Below the pieces are notes generated by a model. That model ran no database searches, was not told the DNA's origin, and saw only the letters and a program-made list of their open reading frames with translations. Below are positions 28,943-39,452 of a DNA stretch of 64,000 nucleotides, in pieces; position 1 is the stretch's first letter, and every line of letters begins with the position of its first letter. The position numbers and the translations under genes were made by a program. Source of the DNA: a virus; the IMG/VR virus record IMGVR_UViG_3300009180_003294, positions 2,323 through 66,322 of that record; one strand, given 5' to 3'.

Positions 28943-30343
28943 ATGGAACACAATAAAGATATCATTGCATTTCAAAAAAAGATTAACGATGTTAGTCCTA
29001 GTTTTTGTATTGCCAAATGGAAGCAGGTAACTCTGCATCTACAAACAGGTCACAACCACAGTTGTCACCATCCCACTACGCACAAAATTCCCTTGGACGA
29101 ACTGGCCGCAGATCCCAGTGCATTGCATAATACACAGTTTAAAAAAGAACAGCGTAAAAAAATGTTGGAGGGCGACCGTCCTAAAGAATGTGACTATTGT
29201 TGGAAAGTAGAAGACAGCGCACCAGATGCACTCAGCGATAGAATCTATAAGAGCTATGACGTATGGGCAAAGCCTCACTTTGACGAAGTTCGTAACTTAC
29301 CATGGGACAGCAACGTTGTTCCCAGTTATCTCGAAGTTAGTTTCAGTAACGTCTGTAATTTTAAATGTAGCTATTGTAGTCCGCAGGTCAGTAGTTTGTG
29401 GATGGAAGAAGTTAAACAGCACGGCCCATATCCAACACATGGTAAATTTAATGACATTGCTGGACTTAAACAAATTGACCAAATGCCTATTCCGCATAAT
29501 CAATATAATCCCTATGTTGAAGCATTTTGGAAATGGTGGCCCACTGTTTATAAAGAACTTCAGCACTTTAGGATAACCGGTGGAGAACCTTTATTGTGTA
29601 AAGACACATTTAAAGTTCTCGACTACGTAATCGAGAATCCTAATCCAGATATCCATTTAAGTATCAATAGCAATTTGTGTGTACCACCGCAGTTATTTGA
29701 CAGATTCCTTGAAAAAGTTAAAATTATCTGTGAAGAAAAGAAAGTTAAAAAGTTTAAAATCTTTACAAGCTGTGATGCTCATGGCAAGGCCGCAGAATAT
29801 ATTCGCGACGGCATGAATTATGAACTTTGGTTAAGTAATATCCGTAGGGTATTAAAAGAAATCCCCCAGTGTACTATTACTATCATGAGTACCTATAATG
29901 TTCTCAGTGTACCTACATACACATTGTTCTTACAAGATGTGTTAGACATTAAAAACGAATTCGGCGGGCACGATGCAGTTCATGCTCCGTTGATTTTAGA
30001 TGCACCTTTCCTAAGACATCCTGCACATCAAAGTATCTTTCATGTAATGCCTTCGGCATGGGCCAAGGAATACATTTTCAATCAAGTAACAATGATGTAT
30101 CGTAATTTAGAAAACGGTGAATGGTACGGAAGTGCTAATCAGGGATTTTTCAAATGGGAAGCTGAAAAATTTAAACGTATATACGAATTAACAATGAATC
30201 AAACAGATCTAGAAGAAGTCACAGTATATCAAAAAGATTTAGTTGCGTTTGTAGACGAACATGATCGACGCAGAGGAACAAACTTTTTGGCTACATTTCC
30301 TGAGTTTGAACCTTACTATACTAAATGGAAAAATGCCAAATGA
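28943..30343 (+). CDS. Radical SAM protein, subfamily A (N-terminal Cys-rich twitch-like region)
   Basis: CNFKCSYC (CxxxCxxC), 'ITGGEP', and N-terminal 'FCIAKW..HSCHH..ECDYCW'. Confidence 0.9.
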   Translation: MEHNKDIIAFQKKINDVSPSFCIAKWKQVTLHLQTGHNHSCHHPTTHKIPLDELAADPSALHNTQFKKEQRKKMLEGDRPKECDYCWKVEDSAPDALSDRIYKSYDVWAKPHFDEVRNLPWDSNVVPSYLEVSFSNVCNFKCSYCSPQVSSLWMEEVKQHGPYPTHGKFNDIAGLKQIDQMPIPHNQYNPYVEAFWKWWPTVYKELQHFRITGGEPLLCKDTFKVLDYVIENPNPDIHLSINSNLCVPPQLFDRFLEKVKIICEEKKVKKFKIFTSCDAHGKAAEYIRDGMNYELWLSNIRRVLKEIPQCTITIMSTYNVLSVPTYTLFLQDVLDIKNEFGGHDAVHAPLILDAPFLRHPAHQSIFHVMPSAWAKEYIFNQVTMMYRNLENGEWYGSANQGFFKWEAEKFKRIYELTMNQTDLEEVTVYQKDLVAFVDEHDRRRGTNFLATFPEFEPYYTKWKNAK

Positions 30344-31188
30344 AAGTGGCTATTTGCATCAGTGGACAACCTCGAACATGGGAAAAGTGTTATCATACGT
30401 GGTTTAAACTAATTGATAAAATTAAACAATCATATGAAGTCGATGACATAGATATATTTTGTCATTTATGGGATTATAATTCTCCGCCCCATCGTTTGCT
30501 GATGCATGAAGGCTGGGATTATAATACTGTGCCCGGGGACAAAATATCCGATGATGAAAAGAAAAGATTCGTAGACGCAATAAAACCCAAAGCGTGTATA
30601 TTTGAAGATGAAATTTCTAACAAAAATAAAATCAAAGACCTGCGCGAACAAAATGCTGTGCATCTCAATGAGCACGGAGAAACTAAATTAGATTGGGCCG
30701 CAGGACAATTCTATAGTGTAATGCGAGCGGCACATTTAAAGAAAATCCATGAGTTTGAAAATGATTTTCATTATGATCTATGCATTAAGATAAGATGTGA
30801 CATGTTTTTTGATGACTATCAAATTGATCATTTTGTAAAGTATGATCTAGTATATCCAGAAGTCAACACTTTTTACACTTGTCATACTACCAAGGATGAT
30901 GTACAGTTTCCTTTTCACAGATTGGGTGATGTATTTTGGTTCGCTGACACTGTTACATTTAATCGTATCTGTGAATTTTATAGATGGTTGCCTGTAATAG
31001 GAAAGAGAAGCTTCAACAGTAATAATCTAGTGGGCACAGAACATGCATTGTATTTTTATGCAAAGATGTTAAACATGGAAATATCTCCATTGTCAGTGGA
31101 TCCTAAAATATATAGGGCGCAGGATTATTTAGATAGAAAAATAAAATCAGGTTTGGAAGGAGAATTAGGCGGTCATGAGCTTATTTAA
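30340..31188 (+). CDS. Putative glycosyltransferase-like protein ('SGQxR' family)
   Basis: 'KVAICISGQPR...DIFCHLW...YDLCIKIRCD'. Start at ATG 30340 (ATGA overlap). Confidence 0.55.
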   Translation: MKVAICISGQPRTWEKCYHTWFKLIDKIKQSYEVDDIDIFCHLWDYNSPPHRLLMHEGWDYNTVPGDKISDDEKKRFVDAIKPKACIFEDEISNKNKIKDLREQNAVHLNEHGETKLDWAAGQFYSVMRAAHLKKIHEFENDFHYDLCIKIRCDMFFDDYQIDHFVKYDLVYPEVNTFYTCHTTKDDVQFPFHRLGDVFWFADTVTFNRICEFYRWLPVIGKRSFNSNNLVGTEHALYFYAKMLNMEISPLSVDPKIYRAQDYLDRKIKSGLEGELGGHELI

Positions 31189-32020
31189 TATAGAAGAACA
31201 ACCTAAAAGAAAATTCAGAATTGCAGTTTGCTTCAGTGGCCAGGCACGTTATTGGCAAGAAAGTGCTGCCAATATCAAACGTTTTTTCGAACACGAATAT
31301 CCTCATCCAGAAAACGGTTTAGATGTAGAAACTGACTATTTTATTCACACATGGGATACAAACTCATGGCGCTTACCTAAAACAGATCACAGCGTGTATG
31401 AGGATGTAAAACACAACGACAGAGATGCCATCATAGAAACATATAAGCCCAAGGGTTTTATACAACAAGAATTTCATAAAGATGATTTTAAAAGAGCATG
31501 GGATCCTATGTTTTATAGTTTTGCAAGAAGTTTAATGCTTAAAAGAGACTATGAATTGCAACAAAGTTTTCAATATGATTTAGTTATTAAAGCAAGATTA
31601 GATGTAGTTTATAACCCCAGTCATCGATTCCCTTTACAACGAGTTTGGCCAGGCGTTTGTTACACAGCCACACCTATAAGCAAATTTGCCTCAGAATTTA
31701 ATTCTAATAATTTTGATGATGTATTGTTTTATGGCGATAGTCCTACCATGGATTTAATAGGAGATTTATATTTGTCTCATTTAATTGCTCGACCCATGGA
31801 ATATCAATATAAAAATCAACAAGGGCTGAACCTGGATAAAGTATTATGGCTTGGCCCTGGTTGTTTATTATATAATTATATGATGAACCTGTCTATACAT
31901 CCAACCTGTGTAAATCCATTTGAGTATGCAGTGATGCGAAGTACAGCAGTTGAAGCAAAACTGAATTCAATTTATAACTATGAAGAAATTAGGAGAAAAT
32001 GGTTTGAGTGGTACATCTAA
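31175..32020 (+). CDS. Putative glycosyltransferase-like protein ('SGQxR' family)
   Basis: 'RIAVCFSGQAR...DYFIHTW...YDLVIKARLD'. Paralog of the previous gene. Confidence 0.55.
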   Translation: MSLFNIEEQPKRKFRIAVCFSGQARYWQESAANIKRFFEHEYPHPENGLDVETDYFIHTWDTNSWRLPKTDHSVYEDVKHNDRDAIIETYKPKGFIQQEFHKDDFKRAWDPMFYSFARSLMLKRDYELQQSFQYDLVIKARLDVVYNPSHRFPLQRVWPGVCYTATPISKFASEFNSNNFDDVLFYGDSPTMDLIGDLYLSHLIARPMEYQYKNQQGLNLDKVLWLGPGCLLYNYMMNLSIHPTCVNPFEYAVMRSTAVEAKLNSIYNYEEIRRKWFEWYI

Positions 32021-32024
32021 ACGA

Positions 32025-32936
32025 ATGATTGACATCATCGATGTCAACATAGAACCAGAAATTATATGTGATGGTGACAGCTGGACATTTGGCTGTGAAA
32101 TCGTCGATCCTGATATTGCAAAAAGATATCCAGACACTACGCATCCAGGGCAATATGATTTTGTAGAAGAAAATGATGCTTATAGAACGCCTAAAATATA
32201 TCCAACTCATTTGGCAAAACTTTTAAATGTTCCAGTGACTAATCTCAGTTGGCCAGCTGATGACAACGGTACTATTCTGCGTAGAACTATTAACTATATT
32301 TCTCAAAAATACATAGCAAATAATATTCCAACTGATAAGTTGTTTGTTATAATTGGCTGGACAAGTCCTGAACGCAACAGTTTTTGGTACAAAGACGATG
32401 GATTATCGCATCTATTTAGATTGTGGCCTCAGGTCAAACATTTTGACGCAGTTGCACAAGAAAAGTTTTGGGAATTATATGTTGCATATCTATGGAATGA
32501 AGAAGAATATATTCCTAGATATGTATTAAATGTTTTGCAGTTACAGAATTTTTGCAGAGTCAACAATATTAAATGGATGTGCTTTAATGCGTTCTATCAA
32601 ACGCCCAATGCTAATCCCAATGATTGGCAAGATTTAAAAATCAACGAGGAAGTTAAAAAGTTAAAAGGCCGTATTGGTGGTCATAGATACCAACAGTCTA
32701 AAAATACAATGATTCGCGAACTGCACGTCAATGATTATACTGCTCTATGGGATAGTATAGATCCTGTTAGATTTTATAAAAAAGATTATTCTAATAATAC
32801 TTTTAAGAGTTACATAGAAGATCCTGTTAATAATGTCAATCCTCCTTTGACTGGATGGCATCCCAGCCCGGAAGGACATGAAGCATGGGCCAATGAATTA
32901 GTTAGATATATTAAAGAACATAAGTTGTATGTCTAA
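32025..32936 (+). CDS. SGNH/GDSL-like hydrolase or acyltransferase
   Basis: 'CDGDSWTFG' block I and C-terminal 'GWHPSPEGHEAWA'. Confidence 0.7.
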   Translation: MIDIIDVNIEPEIICDGDSWTFGCEIVDPDIAKRYPDTTHPGQYDFVEENDAYRTPKIYPTHLAKLLNVPVTNLSWPADDNGTILRRTINYISQKYIANNIPTDKLFVIIGWTSPERNSFWYKDDGLSHLFRLWPQVKHFDAVAQEKFWELYVAYLWNEEEYIPRYVLNVLQLQNFCRVNNIKWMCFNAFYQTPNANPNDWQDLKINEEVKKLKGRIGGHRYQQSKNTMIRELHVNDYTALWDSIDPVRFYKKDYSNNTFKSYIEDPVNNVNPPLTGWHPSPEGHEAWANELVRYIKEHKLYV

Positions 32937-33729
32937 CACTGCGGTTATTATTTCTGGAGTGATGCGACATCTAGTCGAAGCGTCCGGTAGTTGGATAATT
33001 GATGCTGATTATTATTTGGTCACTGAAGATAAAATCTATAAACCACAATCTATTACAGTTGATGAAAAAACAGCAGTAAAAAGTATTGCAGACACAGTTA
33101 ATGCATGTAGTGTGACATTTTCGTCTATTAATATTTTATTAAATAATACAATGATGTTTTCAGAATATCAACTGAAATCACATCCAGAATTTTCATATCA
33201 TCCAATTATAGCAATGGCATTTAAATGGAAATATGCTTTTAAATTATTGAGCATTGTTCAACCAGTTAAGCAGTATAATAAAATACTGTTACTGCGCCCG
33301 GACCTTTATTTAAGTTTTAAAAAACCTATTAAACATTTTGATAAACAGTTGCCAATACCCAGGCACTTTCATGGAACCAACAATTTACATATAGATCCTG
33401 TTTCTAATTATCCATCAATAGGCGATACTTGTTTGATGGTAGACTGGGAACTATTTGGACTATTATCTGAATTTTTTGATTATTACGTTCAATTTTACAA
33501 CGATACAATTAATCATAAGTATGATGTTCATAGTTTATTAGCTAGATATTTAACAGAACGAGGAATTACCATGGACAAGTTGTTGTTTGATTATTTAGAT
33601 TATATAATACTGCGAGACAACTCCACTGATATGTTTTTAAATGGAATGTTACAGCCCCAGTATAGTATCAATGATCTACGAAATAGACAACAGGAATGGT
33701 GGAAGGAAAATACACACAATGAACAATAA
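32929..33729 (+). CDS. Divergent 'SGxxR' family glycosyltransferase-like protein
   Basis: 'AVIISGVMRH...YNKILLLRPDL' is similar to 30340 and 31175. Confidence 0.45.
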   Translation: MSNTAVIISGVMRHLVEASGSWIIDADYYLVTEDKIYKPQSITVDEKTAVKSIADTVNACSVTFSSINILLNNTMMFSEYQLKSHPEFSYHPIIAMAFKWKYAFKLLSIVQPVKQYNKILLLRPDLYLSFKKPIKHFDKQLPIPRHFHGTNNLHIDPVSNYPSIGDTCLMVDWELFGLLSEFFDYYVQFYNDTINHKYDVHSLLARYLTERGITMDKLLFDYLDYIILRDNSTDMFLNGMLQPQYSINDLRNRQQEWWKENTHNEQ

Positions 33730-34516
33730 ATTAATAATCTGCGGTGATAGTTTTAACATAGGCATAGGCTGTATAGATCTATACACAGAACCATATGGTA
33801 TATTATTATCAAACACGCTGAATAGAAAATTAGTAAATCTAGCCAAGGGGTCTAGTACAAATTTAAGCATTTACTTACAAGCTGAATACGCAGTTAATAA
33901 CATTGCTGGTCCCAATGATATTGTAATTGTAAGTCATACCAGTTATGATAGAGTGGATTGGTTTCCCTGGGATGACGATATTAAAGGTCAGTTAACGAAC
34001 ACGGATGTTAACTATCATCAATATCCTCCCTATGGAGATTGTACATATCATCAGCTACTAGAAAATCATCCCATGTCCAAAGATAATAGATATAAAGGAA
34101 GAATGTTTACAGAAAACTTCATGGGTGTAATCGACTTTTGGGAAACATTTAGAAAACATGATAAAGAAAGCGGTTACTATGCTAGGTTTATCAATGAGCC
34201 AAAAGAAAGAATGAAAACATTGTACGACTTTGCCACCACTATACATGACAGTAGAATAAATCGATTACAAAGTATTGGTGTAATGACCATGGCACACCAA
34301 TTGTTAAATAAACATAACATTAAGCATTTAATTCTTACACATGAACCGAAAGAGTATGCTAAATTCATGGATGAAGAGAATTTAGTTGAATTATCTTGGG
34401 GCAAGTTAAGTGTAGATTATCCCGACGAAATTAAAAGTATGCATTCAAGTCCAGAAGGACATAAACAAGCATATAATATTATATTAAATAAATTAAAAGA
34501 AAATGGATGGGCATGA
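33719..34516 (+). CDS. SGNH/GDSL-like protein
   Basis: 'IICGDSFNIG...NLAKGSSTN...MHSSPEGHKQAY'. Confidence 0.7.
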   Translation: MNNKLIICGDSFNIGIGCIDLYTEPYGILLSNTLNRKLVNLAKGSSTNLSIYLQAEYAVNNIAGPNDIVIVSHTSYDRVDWFPWDDDIKGQLTNTDVNYHQYPPYGDCTYHQLLENHPMSKDNRYKGRMFTENFMGVIDFWETFRKHDKESGYYARFINEPKERMKTLYDFATTIHDSRINRLQSIGVMTMAHQLLNKHNIKHLILTHEPKEYAKFMDEENLVELSWGKLSVDYPDEIKSMHSSPEGHKQAYNIILNKLKENGWA

Positions 34517-34956
34517 TGGAAATTAAAAAAGTAACTAAACACTGGGGCTACGAGCTTTGGATTGCAGACGGTTCAGCGACTCCTTATGCCAGTAAACGTA
34601 TTTTATTCAAAGCGGGCAATAGAACCAGCTTACAAGTACACGAATATAAGATAGAAACTAACTATGTTCTAAGTGGCACAGGCATGTTACATCGCAGTCG
34701 AGAACCACTGGACATTGCCAAATTTTTAGAACAAGGTATGACTAGTCGACAAGTAGAAGCCTACGAATATACATTTGAGCGTATAGAACTTAAAGCCGGC
34801 GTTGTATTCAATGTACAACCAGGCTATGTACACAGAGTAATCGCTGACACTGATTTAGAATTCATGGAAACCAGCACCACTGAATTAGACGATGTAATTC
34901 GATTACAAGACGATGCTGGAAGAACACATGGCAGAATTAGCTACGAACATGAGTAA
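34513..34956 (+). CDS. Cupin protein (mannose-6-phosphate isomerase type II C-terminal-like)
   Basis: 'KHWGYELW...SLQVHEYKIETNYVLSG...PGYVHRV...ETST..LDDVIRLQDD'. Confidence 0.75.
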   Translation: MMEIKKVTKHWGYELWIADGSATPYASKRILFKAGNRTSLQVHEYKIETNYVLSGTGMLHRSREPLDIAKFLEQGMTSRQVEAYEYTFERIELKAGVVFNVQPGYVHRVIADTDLEFMETSTTELDDVIRLQDDAGRTHGRISYEHE

Positions 34957-36487
34957 TATTGTTGTTATTCCCACAGCCGGGCTTGGCAGTAGAATGGGAA
35001 ATTATACTAAGAATCTCAATAAGGCATTATTGCCTTATAAAGATAAACCAGTTTTGGCACATATCATAGACAATTTCCCCAAAGACAGCAAATTTATTAT
35101 ACCTGTTGGACATTTAAAAGAACAAATCATAGATTTTTGTAGTGTAGCATACAGTGATAGAAACATAGAGTTTTTACACATCGACGACTGGACCAGTGCT
35201 AAGTCAGGAACTGGGTACACATTGCTACAATGTAAAGAGTTAATAGATACACCCTTTTGGTATGTGCCTTGCGACACTTACTTTGATGAAAGTATATTGA
35301 ATAAAGTTGATAGGTCAGACTGTTACTTTGTCAAAGATGTCAGTGAAAAAGATTCACACTTGTACACAATGTTTGAAACTGATATGCAGTGGAAAATCAC
35401 AGACATCAAGTTTAAACAGTCATGTGACGACTCGTGGAGAGCATTTACCGGTTTAATGTATATCAAAGACTGGGAATTATTCTTTAGAGATTTATCCAAC
35501 ACAGACAGTAATGAATTTATTGGCATAATTAGGCATGGCAGTGAAGTGGCTTCTTTGGACTCCTGGTTAGACTTCGGAAGTCCGACAATATATCAAACTG
35601 AATTAAGTAAAAGCCAAAAATTCGACTTTACAAAAAAAGACGAAGTAATATATATCTGTAACAATCGTGTAGTTAAATGGTGGTTAGATAGCACAGTTGC
35701 TAAAAAGAAGTATGACAAAGTATTGGCCAATCCACATGTGTTCCCTGCCAACTGTACGCACAGCGGCAATTATATGGCCTATGATTTCTTTCCAGGCAAA
35801 ACACTCTATGAATTTAATAACCCAGTGGCATTTAATGAATTGCTTAATTGGCTAGAAACAAACGTGTGGCGAGACATAGATGCTGATATACATGACGCCA
35901 GCATTGAGTTCTATAAAACAAAATCACTGTCACGTATCAACAAGTTTTTAGAAAAGTATCCTAGTTTAAAACCAGTGACCAACATTGACGGCGTAGAAGT
36001 CCGAGACCACAGTTATTATTTAGATAAGATAGACTGGGAATATTTTGCACAAGTTACACGTCCGGGATTCCTACACGGTGATTTACAGTTTGATAACATT
36101 GTTATCAGTGACAACGGAGAGTTTAAGATCATAGATTGGCGACATGAGTTCGCAGGCCTAGTCGAGTACGGCGATATATACTATGACTTGGCTAAAATGG
36201 CCGGGGGATTGATCATCAATTATGCCAACATTAAGAATCATAATTTTAACATAGAGATTGACAACGGCAGTGTAACATTGAGTATTCCCAATGTTGACCA
36301 TATCACTGTATATCAACAGCGTTTGAAGAAATATATCATAGATAATAATTTAGACTATAATAAAGTACAGCAATTGGTACCTATAATCTTTTGGAACATG
36401 AGCCCGTTGCATACTGCACCATTTGATATATTCCTGTGGTACTTGGGAATTAAATTATTTGCGGAATTAGAAAGCGGTGATGTTTAA
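34949..36487 (+). CDS. Fused sugar nucleotidyltransferase + choline/aminoglycoside-type kinase
   Basis: N-terminal 'IPTAGLGSRMG...NKALLP' (NTP transferase). C-terminal 'LHGDLQFDNI...IIDWR...GDIYYDLAK' (APH/choline kinase fold). Confidence 0.85.
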   Translation: MSNIVVIPTAGLGSRMGNYTKNLNKALLPYKDKPVLAHIIDNFPKDSKFIIPVGHLKEQIIDFCSVAYSDRNIEFLHIDDWTSAKSGTGYTLLQCKELIDTPFWYVPCDTYFDESILNKVDRSDCYFVKDVSEKDSHLYTMFETDMQWKITDIKFKQSCDDSWRAFTGLMYIKDWELFFRDLSNTDSNEFIGIIRHGSEVASLDSWLDFGSPTIYQTELSKSQKFDFTKKDEVIYICNNRVVKWWLDSTVAKKKYDKVLANPHVFPANCTHSGNYMAYDFFPGKTLYEFNNPVAFNELLNWLETNVWRDIDADIHDASIEFYKTKSLSRINKFLEKYPSLKPVTNIDGVEVRDHSYYLDKIDWEYFAQVTRPGFLHGDLQFDNIVISDNGEFKIIDWRHEFAGLVEYGDIYYDLAKMAGGLIINYANIKNHNFNIEIDNGSVTLSIPNVDHITVYQQRLKKYIIDNNLDYNKVQQLVPIIFWNMSPLHTAPFDIFLWYLGIKLFAELESGDV

Positions 36488-37322
36488 TAAAGATTTTTAT
36501 TATAATAATGAAATTGCAAACAGGGCGAATACTGAGAGTAATTGGCATGCATATGATACGCCGGAAAACTATTTAGAAGTTAATAGTAAAGGTTCGAATA
36601 CATATCTCAAAGATTGCAACGATATTTGTTATACTTTTAACAATCACGGTTTCAGAAGTGACGAGTTTGACAGTCATTCTGATATCCCAATTTTATTTAC
36701 TGGTTGCAGTTATACCGAAGGTGTGGGCTTGCCTGTGAATAAAATATGGTCAACTCGATTATTAAATAAACTAAAAGTAAGAACAGGTAAAACAATTCCC
36801 CATTGGAATCTTGCATTAGCAGGCGCCGGATTAGATTCTATTGCCAACGGTCTTTATTGGCATTCTGTGAAGTTTAAACGTAAGTTAGATTACATTGTAA
36901 TATTGTTTCCGTCATTTACTAGAAGAGAATACTGTTATAATACCAAAGAAATAAAAACATGGTTTCATCCTGGAAGTCCAGGATTATCATCCGATAGTAA
37001 CATAGTAGATAAACTGTTCATAGATAGGGAGTTTATCGAATATCAATCAATTAAAAATTTAGCATTAATAGATGCTGTGTCGAAAAGTTTAAATGCCAAA
37101 GTGATATATTCTGTGTGGTCATTCCTAGGAGTAGCCGCAAAACGTGAAATCGATATTATTCAAGAAAATTTTACAAATTTTCAATATATTAAATATCCGG
37201 ATTTAGAATATGACATCGACTTTGCAAGAGACAGTGTACACCCCGGACCATCTATGCATGAAAAAATCAGCGAAGTATTTTTCGAAGAGTATTTTAAAAA
37301 AGAAATTATAGGAAATAAGTAA
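36477..37322 (+). CDS. SGNH-like protein
   Basis: 'FNNHGFRS...FTGCSYTEGVG...NLALAGAG...ARDSVHPG'. Confidence 0.65.
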   Translation: MMFNKDFYYNNEIANRANTESNWHAYDTPENYLEVNSKGSNTYLKDCNDICYTFNNHGFRSDEFDSHSDIPILFTGCSYTEGVGLPVNKIWSTRLLNKLKVRTGKTIPHWNLALAGAGLDSIANGLYWHSVKFKRKLDYIVILFPSFTRREYCYNTKEIKTWFHPGSPGLSSDSNIVDKLFIDREFIEYQSIKNLALIDAVSKSLNAKVIYSVWSFLGVAAKREIDIIQENFTNFQYIKYPDLEYDIDFARDSVHPGPSMHEKISEVFFEEYFKKEIIGNK

Positions 37323-37661
37323 ATGGGTAAAGCCACACAAAGCCAAATTGCCATGCTATACTTAAAGGCCTTCAGTGAAAAGGACTTGACCGGCTTGGAA
37401 ACAATGTTTGCTGACAATGTGATACTAACAGACTGGGACGGACAAATGATTGGCAGAGAAAATGTATTAGCATTTAATCAAACATTGTTTTCACAGTTAG
37501 GGAATATTCGAATAGAAATTGATAAAATTGCCATGGGTCACAATACTGTTATAGCAGAAATTAAAGTTATATTAGATAATAAGGTCGTAATTCCAGTAAT
37601 AGATGTTATAGACTTTGATCAAGATAATAAAATAAGAGAAATAAGAGCGTACAAACGATGA
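37323..37661 (+). CDS. SnoaL/NTF2-like protein
   Basis: 'YLKAFSEKDL..LETMFADNVILTDW...VIDVIDFDQDNKIREIRAY'. Confidence 0.8.
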   Translation: MGKATQSQIAMLYLKAFSEKDLTGLETMFADNVILTDWDGQMIGRENVLAFNQTLFSQLGNIRIEIDKIAMGHNTVIAEIKVILDNKVVIPVIDVIDFDQDNKIREIRAYKR

Positions 37662-38398
37662 AAAAATTTATAAGTTTAAGTCAATTCCCAGGAAAGACTG
37701 GGCAATATTTTTACACAGAATTCTTTAAACATTATAATATAGATGCAACATATGAACCATTGGCCTGTACTAACATTGAAAAAGCAATAATTCAGGCCGT
37801 CGAAGATGGCGTCTCTGGAATCAGTGTTAGCATGCCTTTTAAACAGTCTACTATATCATACTTGAATAAAAAACATCCCTATGTAGAACTTTATAATAGC
37901 TGTAATACTATTAAAATAAACAAAGGTCAAACTCATGGATATAATGCAGACTTGGCCGGCGTTGAGAAGGTCGCAAAGAATATTTTACCCGGCGACAGAA
38001 TTACTATATTAGGTGCCGGTGCAATAGGTTCAATGTTTATTAAGTATTTAGAAGATAGTCACTATGATGGTCTGAATGTATGTGCGAGAAATTTAAGAAC
38101 ATGGAATGAACGGTATAAATCTGCAGACGTTGTAATTAATTGTACAGCATTGGGAACAAGTACGGAAGAAAGTCCATTTAAGCTGGGACAAATACCTCCT
38201 ACTACAAGGTTAGTAATAGACTTGGCCATCAAAGACAACGAGTTTAAACAACAATGTCAGAATTACAATATTAAATATGTATCTGGGCGTGAGTTTTATC
38301 GCAGTCAATTCTTAAAACAATTTGAGATTTACACCGGGATAAAACCCAGCGAACAAGTTTATAACGAAATCGAAAGCAGACAATATGAAACAATTTAA
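37658..38398 (+). CDS. Shikimate dehydrogenase-like NAD(P) oxidoreductase
   Basis: 'SVSMPFKQ', 'SCNTI', 'GYNAD', 'ILGAGAIG' and 'INCTALG' match the AroE family. Confidence 0.8.
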   Translation: MKKFISLSQFPGKTGQYFYTEFFKHYNIDATYEPLACTNIEKAIIQAVEDGVSGISVSMPFKQSTISYLNKKHPYVELYNSCNTIKINKGQTHGYNADLAGVEKVAKNILPGDRITILGAGAIGSMFIKYLEDSHYDGLNVCARNLRTWNERYKSADVVINCTALGTSTEESPFKLGQIPPTTRLVIDLAIKDNEFKQQCQNYNIKYVSGREFYRSQFLKQFEIYTGIKPSEQVYNEIESRQYETI

Positions 38399-39452
38399 GT
38401 TGGGCTTCGGACCAATGAGCAGGGAAATTATAGAAATCCTTGCCAAGCACACAAAAGATAATAATTATCCATTGATGATTATTGCCAGCCGCAATCAAGT
38501 TGACTATGCCACTGGTTATGTTTGCACTACTGCGGAACTAGCAGAACAAGTAAAACAATATAAGAATCCGAACTTGCTGTTGTGCAGAGATCACTGCGGA
38601 CCTTACTTCAGTGATTTAGATCGTGGCCTGTCCATTGATGATGCAATTATTCGTTGTATGAAAACAATTGCCACCGACATTACGGCTGGATTTGATTTAA
38701 TACACATCGATGTTAGTCGTATTAAGGATAATCAATTACATTACGCAAAAAAATTAATTGAATATGCTATAAGTTTGAATCCTGATATTATGCTGGAATT
38801 TGGCAGTGAAGACAACACCGGCATTGATATTAACAGCAGTATTGCTAGAATAGACATACAACTAGGATTTTTAAATCCTTACAAAAACAACGTTAAATTC
38901 TTTGTAACACAAACAGGCAGTTTGACCAAAGACGGTCAGGCAGGAACATTTGATGTTGACCGCAATCACGCAATAGGTGAACAAATACGTGCCGCAGGCT
39001 TTTTGTTCAAGGAACATAACGCAGATTACTTTACTGCCAGTGATATTAAAAACCGCATTGATGCCAGCGTCGACAGCTTGAACATTGCTCCTCAATTAGG
39101 TGTTATGCAAACAGACTTATTAAAAGAATTTGCACCCAAGGATCTATGGGCAATATTTGCTGACTTAGTTTATAATCAGAATTACTGGCAACGATGGGTT
39201 CCTGAAGGTGTCACTGATAAAGATGTGGCGGTAAGTGTCAGTGGACATTATTTATTCAGTAGCCAAACATACAAAGATATTATTGCAAGCATAGATGCTA
39301 ATGCGTTCAATTCTGAATTAAACAAAAAAATAGAAGATTTATTAAATCATTATAAAACATTTGATCACGAGCATCCTGAAGTACAGTTTCAAGTCAAATT
39401 AAAGAAACGCTTAGAAGAACTACGCCAACGAGATCCTTTTATATACAGATGA
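38385..39452 (+). CDS. GatZ/KbaZ-like (tagatose-phosphate aldolase/C4-epimerase family) protein
   Basis: 'IIASRNQVD..GY...CRDHCGP...AGFDLIHID...KEHNADY...NIAPQLG'. Confidence 0.75.
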   Translation: MKQFKLGFGPMSREIIEILAKHTKDNNYPLMIIASRNQVDYATGYVCTTAELAEQVKQYKNPNLLLCRDHCGPYFSDLDRGLSIDDAIIRCMKTIATDITAGFDLIHIDVSRIKDNQLHYAKKLIEYAISLNPDIMLEFGSEDNTGIDINSSIARIDIQLGFLNPYKNNVKFFVTQTGSLTKDGQAGTFDVDRNHAIGEQIRAAGFLFKEHNADYFTASDIKNRIDASVDSLNIAPQLGVMQTDLLKEFAPKDLWAIFADLVYNQNYWQRWVPEGVTDKDVAVSVSGHYLFSSQTYKDIIASIDANAFNSELNKKIEDLLNHYKTFDHEHPEVQFQVKLKKRLEELRQRDPFIYR

